Part shown: positions 1-11,550 of the stretch, one piece after another
Layout: the number at the start of each line of letters is the position of its first letter
How positions within the stretch are numbered: position 1 is the stretch's first letter
Source of the DNA: the human T2T-CHM13v2.0 reference genome, Homo sapiens
NCBI RefSeq assembly: GCF_009914755.1
Contig: NC_060943.1
DNA length: 64,000 nucleotides
Direction: 5' to 3' (one strand)
The notes under the pieces: generated by a model
Database searches by the model: none
What the model was told of the DNA's origin: nothing
What the model saw: only the letters and a program-made list of their open reading frames with translations
Position numbers and translations under genes: made by a program

Positions 1-2
1 GC

Positions 3-19
3 CTTCGTTGGAAACGGGA
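3..19 (+). promoter_or_regulatory. CENP-B box (first of ~188-189 box positions, one per dimer; ~13 have core mutations)
   Basis: CTTCGTTGGAAACGGGA matches YTTCGTTGGAARCGGGA. It recurs at 342, 682, 1022... to the end of the window. Confidence 0.97.
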
Positions 20-724
20 TTTCTTCATATTCTGCTATACAGAAGAATTCTCAGAAACTTCCTTGTGTTGTGTGTATTCAACTCACAGAGTTGAACGATC
101 GTTTACACAGAGCAGACTTGAGACACTCATTTGTGGAATTTGTAAGTGTAGATTTCAGCCGCTTTGAGGTCAATGGTAGAAAAGGAAATATCTTCATATA
201 AAAACTAGACAGAATGATTCTCAGAAACTCCTTTGCGATGTGTGCGTTCAACTCACAGAGTTTAACCTTTCTTTTCATAGAGCAGTTAGGAAACACTCTG
301 TTTGTAAAGTCTGCAAGTGGATATTCAGACATCTTTGAGGCTTTCGTTGGAAACGGGATTTCTTCATATTCTGCTAGACAGAAGAATTGTCAGAAACTTC
401 GTTGTGTTGTGTGTTTTCAACTCACAGAGTTGAACGATCCTTTACACAGAACAGACTTGAAACACTCTTTTTGTGGAATTTGCAAGTGGAGATTTCATCC
501 GCTTTGAGGTCAATGGTAGAAAAGGAAATATCTTCGTATAAAAACTAGACAGAATGATTCTGAGAAACTCCTTTGTGATGTGTGCGTTCAACTCACAGAG
601 TTTAACCTTTCTTTTCATAGAGCAGTTAGGAAACACTCTGTTTGTAAAGTCTGCAAGTGGATATTCAGACCTCCTTGAGGCCTTCGTTGGAAACGGGATT
701 TCTTCATATTATGCTAGACAGAAG

Positions 725-895
725 AATTCTCAGTAACTTCCTTGTGTTGTGTGTATTCAACTCACAGAGTTGAACGATCCTTTACACAGAGCAGACTTGA
801 AACACTCTTTTTGTGAAATTTGCAAGTGGAGATTTCAGCCGCTTTGTGGTCAATGGTAGAATAGGAAATATCTTCCTATAGAAACTAGACAGAAT
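725..895 (+). repeat. Representative 171-bp A-type monomer (J1-like, no CENP-B box)
   Basis: Runs from AATTCTCAG at 725 to just before GATTCTCAG at 896. Has TCAATGGTAGAATAGGAAATATC at the position where the other monomer has the CENP-B box. Confidence 0.88.
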
Positions 896-1064
896 GATTC
901 TCAGAAACTCCTTTGTGATGTGTGCGTTCAACTCACAGAGTTTAACCTTTCTTTTCATAGAGCCGTTAGGAAACACTCTGTTTGTAAAGTCTGCAAGTGG
1001 ATACTCAGACGTCTTTGAGGCCTTCGTTGGAAGCGGGATTTCTTCATATTCTGCTAGACAGAAG
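896..1064 (+). repeat. Representative 169-bp B-type monomer (J2-like, with CENP-B box)
   Basis: Starts at GATTCTCAG (896) and contains CTTCGTTGGAAGCGGGA at 1022-1038. 171 + 169 = 340. Confidence 0.88.
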
Positions 1065-4000
1065 AATTCTCAGTAACTTCCTTGTGTTGTGTGAATTCAA
1101 CTCACAGAGTTGAACGATCCTTTACACAGAGCAGACTTGAAACACTGTTTTTGTGGAATTTGCCAGTGGAGATTTCAGCCGCTTTGAGGTCAATGGTAGA
1201 ATAGGAAATATCTTCCTATAGAAACTAGACAGAATGATTCTCAGAAACTCCTTTGTGATGTGTGCGTTCAACTCACAGAGTTTAACCTGTCTTTTCATAG
1301 AGCAGTTAGGAAACACTCTGTTTGTAAAGTCTGCAAGTGGATATTCAGACATCCTTGAGGCTTTCGTTGGAAACGGGATTTCTTCATATTCTGCTAGAAA
1401 GAAGAATTGTCAGTAACTTCCTTGTGTTGTGTGTATTCAACTCACAGAGTTGAATGATCCTTTACACAGAGCAGACTTGAAACACTCTTTATGTGGAATT
1501 TGCAAGTGGAGATTTCAGCCGCTTTGAGTTCAATGGTAGAATAGGAAATATCTTCCTATAGAAACTAGACAGAATGATTCTCAGAAACTCCTTTGTGATG
1601 TGTGCGTTCAACTCACAGAGTTCAACCTTTCTTTTCATAGAGCAGTTGGGAAACACTCTGTTTGTAAAGTCTGCAAGTGGATATTCAGACTTCTTTGAGG
1701 CCTTCGTTGGAAGCGGGATTTCTTCATATTCTGCTAGACAGAAGAATTCTCAGTAACTTCCTTGTGTTGTGTGTATTCAACTCACAGAGTTGAACGATCC
1801 TTTACACAGAGCAGACTTGAAACACTCTTTTTGTGGAATTTGCCAGTGGAGATTTCAGCCTCTTTGAGGTCAATGGTAGAATTGGAAATATCTTCCTATA
1901 GAAACTAGACAGAATGATTCTCAGAAACTCCTTTGTGATGTGTGCGTTCAACTCACAGAGTTTAACCTTTCTTTTCATAGGGCAGTTAGGAAACACTCTG
2001 TTTGTAAAGTCTGCAAGTGGATATTCAGACATCCTTGAGGCTTTCGTTGGAAACGGGATTTCTTCATATTCTGCTAGAAAGAAGAATTCTCAGTAACTTC
2101 CTTGTGTTGTGTGTATTCAACTCACAGACTTGAATGATCCTTTACACAGAACAGTCTTGAAACACTCTTTTTGTGGAATTTGCAAATGGAGATTTCAGCC
2201 GCTTTGAGGTCAATGGTAGAATAGGAAATATCTTCCTATAGAAACTAGACAGAATGATTCTCAGAAACTCCTTTGTGATGTGTGCGTTCAACTCACAGAG
2301 TTTAACCTTTCTTTTCATAGAGCAGTTAGGAAACACTCTGTTTGTAAAGTCTGCAAGTGGATATTCAGACATCCTTGAGGCTTTCGTTGCAAACGGGATT
2401 TCTTCATATTCTGCTAGAAAGAAGAATTCACAGTAACTTCCTTGTGTTGTGTGTATTCAACTCACAGAGTTGAATGATCCTTTACACAGAACAGTCTTGA
2501 AACACTCTTTTTGTGGAATTTGCAAGTGGAGATTTCAGCCGCTTTGAGGTCAATGGTAGAATAGGAAATATCTTCCTATAGAAACTAGACAGAATGATTC
2601 TCAGAAACTCCTTTGTGATGTGTGCGTTCAACTCACAGAGTTTAACCTTTCTTTTCATAGAGCAGTTAGGAAACACTCTGTTTGTAAAGTCTGCAAGTGG
2701 ATATTCAGACATCTTTGAGGCTTTCGTTGGAAACGGGATTTCTTCATATTCTGCTAGACAGAAGAATTCTCAGAAACTTCGTTGTGTTGTGTGTTTTCAA
2801 ATCACAGAGTTCAACGATCCTTCACACAGAGTAGACTTGAAACACTCTTTTTGTGGAATTGGCAGGGTGGAGATTTCAGCCGCTTTGAGGTCAATGGTAG
2901 AAAAGGAAATATCTTCGTATAAAAACTAGACAGAGTGATTCTCAGAAACTCCTTTGTGATGTCTGCGTTCAACTCACAGAGTTTAACCTTTCTTTTCATA
3001 GAGCAGTTAGGAAACACTCTCTTTGTAAAGTCTGCAAGTGGATATTCAGACCTCCTTGAGGCCTTCGTTGGAAACGGGATTTCTACATATTATGCTAGAC
3101 AGAAGAATTCTCAGTAACTTCCTTGTGTTGTGTGTATTCAACTCACAGAGTTGAACGATCCTTTACACAGAGCAGACTTGAAACACTCTTTTTGTGGAAT
3201 TTGCAAGTGGAGATTTCAGCCTCTTTGAGGTCAATGGTAGAATAGGAAATATCTTCCTATAGAAACTAGACAGAATGATTCTGAGATACTCCTTTGTGAT
3301 GTGTGCGTTCAACTCACAGAGTTTAACCTTTCTTTTCATAGAGCAGTTAGGAAACACTCTGTTTGTAAAGTCTGCAAGTGGATATTCAGACCTCCTTGAG
3401 GCCTTCGTTGGAAACGGGATTTCTTCCTATTATGCTAGACAGAAGAATTCTCAGTAACTTCCTTGTGTTGTGTGTATTCAACTCACAGAGTTGAATGATC
3501 CTTTACACAGAGCAGACTTGAAACACTCTTTTTGTGGAATTTGCAAGTGGAGATTTCAGCCGCTTTGAGTTCAATGGTAGAATAGGAAATATCTTCCTAT
3601 AGAAACTAGACAGAATGATTCTCAGAAACTCCTTTGTGATGTGTGCGTTCAACTCATAGAGTTCAACCTTTCTTTTCATAGAGCAGTTGGGAAACACTCA
3701 GTTTGTAAAGTCTGCAAGTGGATATTCAGACTTCTTTGAGGCCTTCGTTGGAAGCGGGATTTCTTCATATTCTGCTAGACAAAAGAATTCTCAGTAACTT
3801 CCTAGTGTTGTGTGTATTCAACTCACAGAGTTGAACGATCCTTTACACAGAGCAGACTTGAAACACTCTTTTTGTGGAATTTGCAAGTGGAGATTTCAGC
3901 CGCTTTGAGGTCAATGGTAGAATAGGAAATATCTTCCTATAGAAACTAGACAGAATGATTCTCAGAAACTCCTTTGTGATGTGTGCGTTCAACTCACAGA

Positions 4001-6029
4001 GTTTAACCTTTCTTTTCATAGAGCAGTTAGGAAACACTCTGTTTGTAAAGTCTGCAAGTGGATATTCAGACATCCTTGAGGCTTTCGTTGGAAACGGGAT
4101 TTCTTCATATTCTGCTAGAAAGAAGAATTCTCAGTAACTTCCTTGTGTTGTGCGAATTCAACTCACAGAGTTGAATGATCCTTTACACAGAACAGTCTTG
4201 AAACACTCTTTTTGTGGAATTTGCAAGTGGAGATTTCAGCCGCTTTGAGGTCAATGGTAGAATAGGAAATATCTTCCTATAGAAACTAGACAGAATGATT
4301 CTCAGAAACTCCTTTGTGATGTGTGCGTTCAACTCACAGAGTTTAACCTTTCTTTTCATAGAGCAGTTAGGAAACACTCTGTTTGTAAAGTCTGCAAGTG
4401 GATATTCAGACCTCTTTGAGGCCTTCGTTGGAAACGGGATTTCTTCATATTATGCTAGACAGAAGAATTCTCAGTAACTTCCTTGTGTTGTGTGTATTCA
4501 ACTCACAGAGTTGAACGATCCTTTACACAGAGCAGACTTGAAACACTCTTTTTGTGGAATTTGCAAGTGGAGATTTCAGCCGCTTTGAGGTCAATGGTAG
4601 AATAGGAAATATCTTCCTATAGAAACTAGACAGAATGATTCTCAGAAACTCCTTTGTGATGTGTGCGTTCAACTCACAGAGTTTAACCTTTCTTTTCATA
4701 GAGCAGTTAGGAAACACTCTGTTTGTAAAGTCTGCAAGTGGATATTCAGACATCCTTGAGGCTTTCGTTGGAAACGGGATTTCTTCATATTCTGCTAGAA
4801 AGAAGAATTCTCAGTAACTTCCTTTTGTGGTGTGTATTCAACTCACAGAGTTGAATGATCCTTTACACAGAACAGTCTTGAAACACTCTTTTTGTGGAAT
4901 TTGCAAGTGGAGATTTCAGCCGCTTTGAGGTCAATGGTAGAATAGGAAATATCTTCCTATAGAAACTAGACAGAATGATTCTCAGAAACTCCTTTGTGAT
5001 GTGTGCGTTCAACTCACAGAGTTTAACCTTTCTTTTCATAGAGCAGTTAGGAAACACTCTGTTTGTAAAGTCTGCTAGTGGATATTCAGACATCTTTGAG
5101 GCTATCTTTGGAAACGGGATTTCTTCATATTCTGCTATACAGAAGAATTCTCAGAAACTTCCTTGTGTTGTGTGTATTCAACTCACAGAGTTGAACGATC
5201 CTTTACACAGAGCAGACTTGAAACACTCTTTTTGTGGAATTTGCAAGTGGAGATTTCAGCCGCTTTGAGGTCAATGGTAGAATAGGAAATATCTTCCTAT
5301 AGAAACTAGACAGAATGATTCTCAGAAACTCCTTTGTGATGTGTGCGTTCAACTCACAGAGTTTAACCTTTCTTTTCATAGAGCAGTTAGGAAACACTCT
5401 GTTTGTAAAGTCTGCAAGTGGATATTCAGACATCCTTGAGGCTTTCGTTGGAAACGGGATTTCTTCATATTCTGCTAGAAAGAAGAATTCTCAGTAACTT
5501 CCTTGTGTTGTGTGTATTCAACTCACAGACTTGAATGATCCTTTACACAGAACAGTCTTGAAACACTCTTTTTGTGGAATTTGCAAGTGGAGATTTCAGC
5601 CGCTTTGAGGTCAATGGTAGAATAGGAAATATCTTCCTATAGAAACTAGACAGAATGATTCTCAGAAACTCCTTTGTGATGTGTGCGTTCAACTCACAGA
5701 GTTTAACCTTTCTTTTCATAGAGCAGTTAGGAAACACTCTGTTTGTAAAGTCTGCAAGTGGATATTCAGACATCCTTGAGGCTTTCGTTGGAAACGGGAT
5801 TTCTTCATATTCTGCTAGAAAGAAGAATTCTCAGTAACTTCCTTGTGTTGTGTGTATTCAACTCACAGAATTGAATGATCCTTTACACAGAACAGTCTTG
5901 AAACACTCTTTTTGTGGAATTTGCAAGTGGAGATTTCAGCCGCTTTGAGGTCAATGGTAGAATAGGAAATATCTTCCTATAGAAACTAGACAGAATGATT
6001 CTCAGAAACTCCTTTGTGATGTGTGAGTT

Positions 6030-9000
6030 CAACTCACAGAGTTTAACCTTTCTTTTCATAGAGCAGTTAGGAAACACTCTGTTTGTAAAGTCTGCAAGTG
6101 GATATTCAGACATCCTTGAGGCTTTCGTTGGAAACGGGATTTCTTCATATTCTGCTAGACAGAAGAATTCTCAGAAACTTCGTTGTGTTGTGTGTTTTCA
6201 ACTCACAGAGTTCAACGATCCTTTACACAGAGTAGACTTGAAACACTCTTTTTGTGGAATTGGCAGGGTGGAGATTTCAGCCGCTTTGAGGTCAATTTTC
6301 GAAAAGGAAATATCTTCGTATAAAAACTAGACAGAGTGATTCTCAGAAACTCCTTTGTGATGTCTGCGTTCAACTCACAGAGTTTAACGTTTCTTTTCAT
6401 AGAGCAGTTAGGAAACACTCTGTTTGTAAAGTCTGCAAGTGGATATTCAGACCTCCTTGAGGCCTTCGTTGGAAACGGGATTTCTTCATATTCTGCTATA
6501 CAGAAGAATTCTCAGAAACTTCCTTGTGTTGTGTGTATTCAACTCACAGAGTTGAACGATCGTTTACACAGAACAGACTTGAGACACTCTTTTTGTGGAA
6601 TTTGTAAGTGGAGATTTCAGCCGCTTTGAGGTCAATGGTAGAAAAGGAAATATCTTCATATAAAAACTAGACAGAATGATTCTCAGAAACTCCTTTGTGA
6701 TGTGTGCGTTCAACTCACAGAGTTTAACCTTTCTTTTCATAGAGCAGTTAGGAAACACTCTGTTTGTAAAGTCTGCAAGTGGATATTCAGACATCTTTGA
6801 GGCTTTCGTTGGAAACAGGATTTCTTCATATTCTGCTAGACAGAAGAATTCTCAGAAACTTCGTTGTGTTGTGTGTTTTCAACTCACAGAGTTGAACGAT
6901 CCTTTACACAGAGTAGACTTGAAACACTCTTTTTGTGGAATTTGCAAGTGGAGATTTCAGCCGCTTTGAGGTCAATGGTAGAAAAAGAAATATCTTCGTA
7001 TAAAAACTAGACAGAATGATTCTGAGAAACTCCTTTGTGATGTGTGCGTTCAACTCACAGAGTTTAACCTTTCTTTTCACAGAGCAGTTAGGAAACACTC
7101 TGTTTGTAAAGTCTGCAAGTGGATATTCAGACCTCCTTGAGGCCTTCGTTGGAAACGGGATTTCTTCATATTATGCTAGACAGAAGAATTCTCAGTAACT
7201 TCCTTGTGTTGTGTGTATTCAACTCACAGAGTTGAACGATCCTTTACACAGAGCAGACTTGAAACACTCTTTTTGTGAAATTTGCAAGTGGAGATTTCAG
7301 CCGCTTTGTGGTCAATGGTAGAATAGGAAATATCTTCCTATAGAAACTAGACAGAATGATTCTGAGAAACTCCTTTGTGATGTGTGCGTTCAACTCACAG
7401 AGTTTAACCTTTCTTTTCATAGAGCAGTTAGGAAACACTCTGTTTGTAAAGTCTGCAAGTGGATATTCAGACCTCCTTGAAGCCTTCGTTGGAAACGGGA
7501 TTTCTTCATATTATGCTAGACAGAAGAATTCTCAGTAACTTCCTTGTGTTTTGTGTATTCAACTCACAGAGTTGAACGATCCTTTACACAGAGCAGACTT
7601 GAAACACTCTTTTTGTGGAATTTGCAAGTGGAGATTTCAGCCGCTTTGAGTTCAATGGTAGAATAGGAAATATCTTCCTATAGAAACTAGACAGAATGAT
7701 TCTCAGAAACTCCTTTGTGATGTGTGCGTTCAACTCACAGAGTTTAACCTTACTTTTCATAGAGCAGTTAGGAAACACTCTGTTTGTAAAGTCTGCAAGT
7801 GGATATTCAGACATCTTTGAGGCCTTCGTTGGAAACGGGATTTCTTCATGTTCTGCTAGACAGAAGAATTCTCAGAAACTTCCTTGTGTTGTGTGTTTTC
7901 AACTCACAGAGTTGAACGATGCTTTACACAGAGTAGACTTGAAACACTCTTTTTGTGTAATTTGCAAGTGGAGATTTCAGCCGCTTTGAAGTCAATGGTA
8001 GAAAAGGAAATATCTTCGTATAAAAACTAGACAGAATGATTCTCAGAAACTCCTTTGTGATGTGTGCGTTCAACTCACAGAGTTTAACCTTTCTTTTCAT
8101 AGAGCAGTTAGGAAACACTCTGTTTGTAAAGTCTGCAAGTGGATATTCAGACCTCCTTGAGGCCTTCGTTGGAAACGGGATTTCTACATATTATGCTAGA
8201 CAGAAGAATTCTCCGTAACTTCCTTGTGTTGTGTGTATTCAACTCACAGAGTTGAACGATCCTTTACACAGAGCAGACTTGAAACACTCTTTTTGTGGAA
8301 TTTGCAAGTGGAGATTTCAGCCTCTTTGAGGTCAATGGTAGAATAGGAAATATCTTCCTATAGAAACTAGACAGAATGATTCTGAGAAACTCCTTTGTGA
8401 TGTGTGCGTTCAACTCACAGAGTTTAACCTTTCTTTTCATAGAGCAGTTAGGAAACACTCTGTTTGTAAAGTCTGCAAGTGGATATTCAGACCTCCTTGA
8501 GGCCTTCGTTGGAAACGGGATTTCTTCCTATTATGCTAGACAGAAGAATTCTCAGTAACTTCCTTGTGTTGTGTGTATTCAACTCACAGAGTTGAATGAT
8601 CCTTTACACAGAGCAGACTTGAAACACTCTTTTTGTGGAATTTGCAAGTGGAGATTTCAGCCGCTTTGAGTTCAATGGTAGAATAGGAAATATCTTCCTA
8701 TAGAAACTAGACAGAATGATTCTCAGAAACTCCTTTGTGATGTGTGCGTTCAACTCACAGAGTTCAACCTTTCTTTTCATAGAGCAGTTGGGAAACACTC
8801 TGTTTGTAAAGTCTGTAAGTGGATATTCAGACTTCTTTGAGGCCTTCGTTGGAAGCGGGATTTCTTCATATTCTGCTAGACAGAAGAATTCTCAGTAACT
8901 TCCTTGTGTTGTGTGTATTCAACTCACAGAGTTGAACGATCCTTTACACAGAGCAGACTTGAAACACTCTTTTTGTGGAATTTGCAAGTGGAGATTTCAG

Positions 9001-11550
9001 CCGCTTTGAGGTCAATGGTAGAATAGGAAATATCTTCCTATAGAAACTAGACAGAATGATTCTCAGAAACTCCTTTGTGATGTGTGCGTTCAACTCACAG
9101 AGTTTAACCTTTCTTTTCATAGAGCAGTTAGGAAACACTCTGTTTGTAAAGTCTGCAAGTGGATATTCAGACATCCTTGAGGCTTTCATTGGAAACGGGA
9201 TTTCTTCATATTCTGCTAGAAAGAAGAATTCTCAGTAACTTCCTTGTGTTGTGTGTATTCAACTCACAGACTTGAATGATCCTTTACACAGAACAGTCTT
9301 GAAAGACTCTTTTTGTGGAATTTGCAAGTGGAGATTTCAGCCGCTTTGAGGTCAATGGTAGAATAGGAAATATCTTCCTATAGAAACTAGACAGAATGAT
9401 TCTCAGAAACTCCTTTGTGATGTGTGCGTTCAACTCACAGAGTTTAACCTTTCTTTTCATAGAGCAGTTAGGAAACACTCTGTTTGTAAAGTCTGCAAGT
9501 GGATATTCAGACATCCTTGAGGCTTTCGTTGGAAACGGGATTTCTTCATATTCTGCTAGACAGAAGAATTCTCAGAAACTTCGTTGTGTTGTGTGTTTTC
9601 AACTCACAGAGTTCAACGATCCTTTACACAGAGTAGACTTGAAACACTCTTTTTGTGGAATTGGCAGGGTGGAGATTTCAGCCGCTTTGAGGTCAATTTT
9701 AGAAAAGGAAATATCTTCGTATAAAAACTAGACAGAGTGATTCTCAGAAACTCCTTTGTGATGTCTGCGTTCAACTCACAGAGTTTAACGTTTCTTTTCA
9801 TAGAGCAGTTAGGAAACACTCTGTTTGTAAAGTCTGCAAGTGGATATTCAGACCTCCTTGAGGCCTTCGTTGGAAACGGGATTTCTTCATATTCTGCTAT
9901 ACAGAAGAATTCTCAGAAACTTCCTTGTGTTGTGTGTATTCAACTCACAGAGTTGAACGATCGTTTACACAGAACAGACTTGAGACACTCTTTTTGTGGA
10001 ATTTGTAAGTGGAGATTTCAGCCGCTTTGAGGTCAATGGTAGAAAAGGAAATATCTTCATATAAAAACTAGACAGAATGATTCTCAGAAACTCCTTTGTG
10101 ATGTGTGCGTTCAACTCACAGAGTTTAACCTTTCTTTTCATAGAGCAGTTAGGAAACACTCTGTTTGTAAAGTCTGCAAGTGGATATTCAGACATCTTTG
10201 AGGCTTTCGTTGGAAACAGGATTTCTTCATATTCTGCTAGACAGAAGAATTCTCAGAGACTTCGTTGTGTTGTGTGTTTTCAACTCACAGAGTTGAACGA
10301 TCCTTTACACAGAGTAGACTTGAAACACTCTTTTTGTGGAATTTGCAAGTGGAGATTTCAGCCGCTTTGAGGTCAATGGTAGAAAAGGAAATATCTTCGT
10401 ATAAAAACTAGACAGAATGATTCTGAGAAACTCCTTTGTGATGTGTGCGTTCAACTCACCGAGTTTAACCTTTCTTTTCACAGAGCAGTTAGGAAACACT
10501 CTGTTTGTAAAGTCTGCAAGTGGATATTCAGACCTCCTTGAGGCCTTCGTTGGAAACGGGATTTCTTCATATTATGCTAGACAGAAGAATTCTCAGTAAC
10601 TTCCTTGTGTTGTGTGTATTCAACTCACAGAGTTGAACGATCCTTTACACAGAGCAGACTTGAAACACTCTTTTTGTGAAATTTGCAAGTGGAGATTCCA
10701 GCCGCTTTGTGGTCAATGGTAGAATAGGAAATATCTTCCTATAGAAACTAGACAGAATGATTCTGAGAAACTCCTTTGTGATGTGTGCGTTCAACTCACA
10801 GAGTTTAACCTTTCTTTTCATAGGGCAGTTAGGAAACACTCTGTTTGTAAAGTCTGCAAGTGGATATTCAGACCTCCTTGAACCCTTCGTTGGAAACGGG
10901 ATTTCTTCATATTATGCTAGACAGAAGAATTCTCAGTAACTTCCTTGTGTTTTGTGTATTCAACTCACAGAGTTGAACGATCCTTTACACAGAGCAGACT
11001 TGAAACACTCTTTTTGTGGAATTTGCAAGTGGAGATTTCAGCCGCTTTGAGTTCAATGGTAGAATAGGAAATATCTTCCTATAGAAACTAGACAGAATGA
11101 TTCTCAGAAACTCCTTTGTGATGTGTGCGTTCAACTCACAGAGTTTAACCTTACTTTTCATAGAGCAGTTAGGAAACACTCTGTTTGTAAAGTCTGCAAG
11201 TGGATATTCAGACATCTTTGAGGCCTTCGTTGGAAACGGGATTTCTTCATGTTCTGCTAGACAGAAGAATTCTCAGAAACTTCCTTTTGTTGTGTGTTTT
11301 CAACTCACAGAGTTGAACGATGCTTTACACAGAGTAGACTTGAAACACTCTTTTTGTGTAATTTGCAAGTGGAGATTTCAGCCGCTTTGAAGTCAATGGT
11401 AGAAAAGGAAATATCTTCGTATAAAAACTAGACAGAATGATTCTCAGAAACTCCTTTGTGATGTGTGCGTTCAACTCACAGAGTTTAACCTTTCTTTTCA
11501 TAGAGCAGTTAGGAAACACTCTGTTTGTAAAGTCTGCAAGTGGATATTCA
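6030..11550 (+). repeat. Duplicated block ~6.03-8.15 kb / ~9.43-11.55 kb, offset 3401 bp (10 dimers)
   Basis: Rare variants shared in the same order: GTCAATTTT (6291/9692), TTTAACGTTT, box CAGG (6804/10205), TTTTCACAGAG, GTGAAATTT, TTGTGGTC, CTTACTTT, TTGAAGTC. Confidence 0.88.

Noticed and set aside
2861-2870. G-quadruplex from GGCAGGGTGG
   Set aside because: Only three short G-runs, which is insufficient for an intramolecular G4.
384-4159. EcoRI site losses (384, 1404) and gains (1093, 4154)
   Set aside because: Ordinary point variants, useful only as restriction markers.
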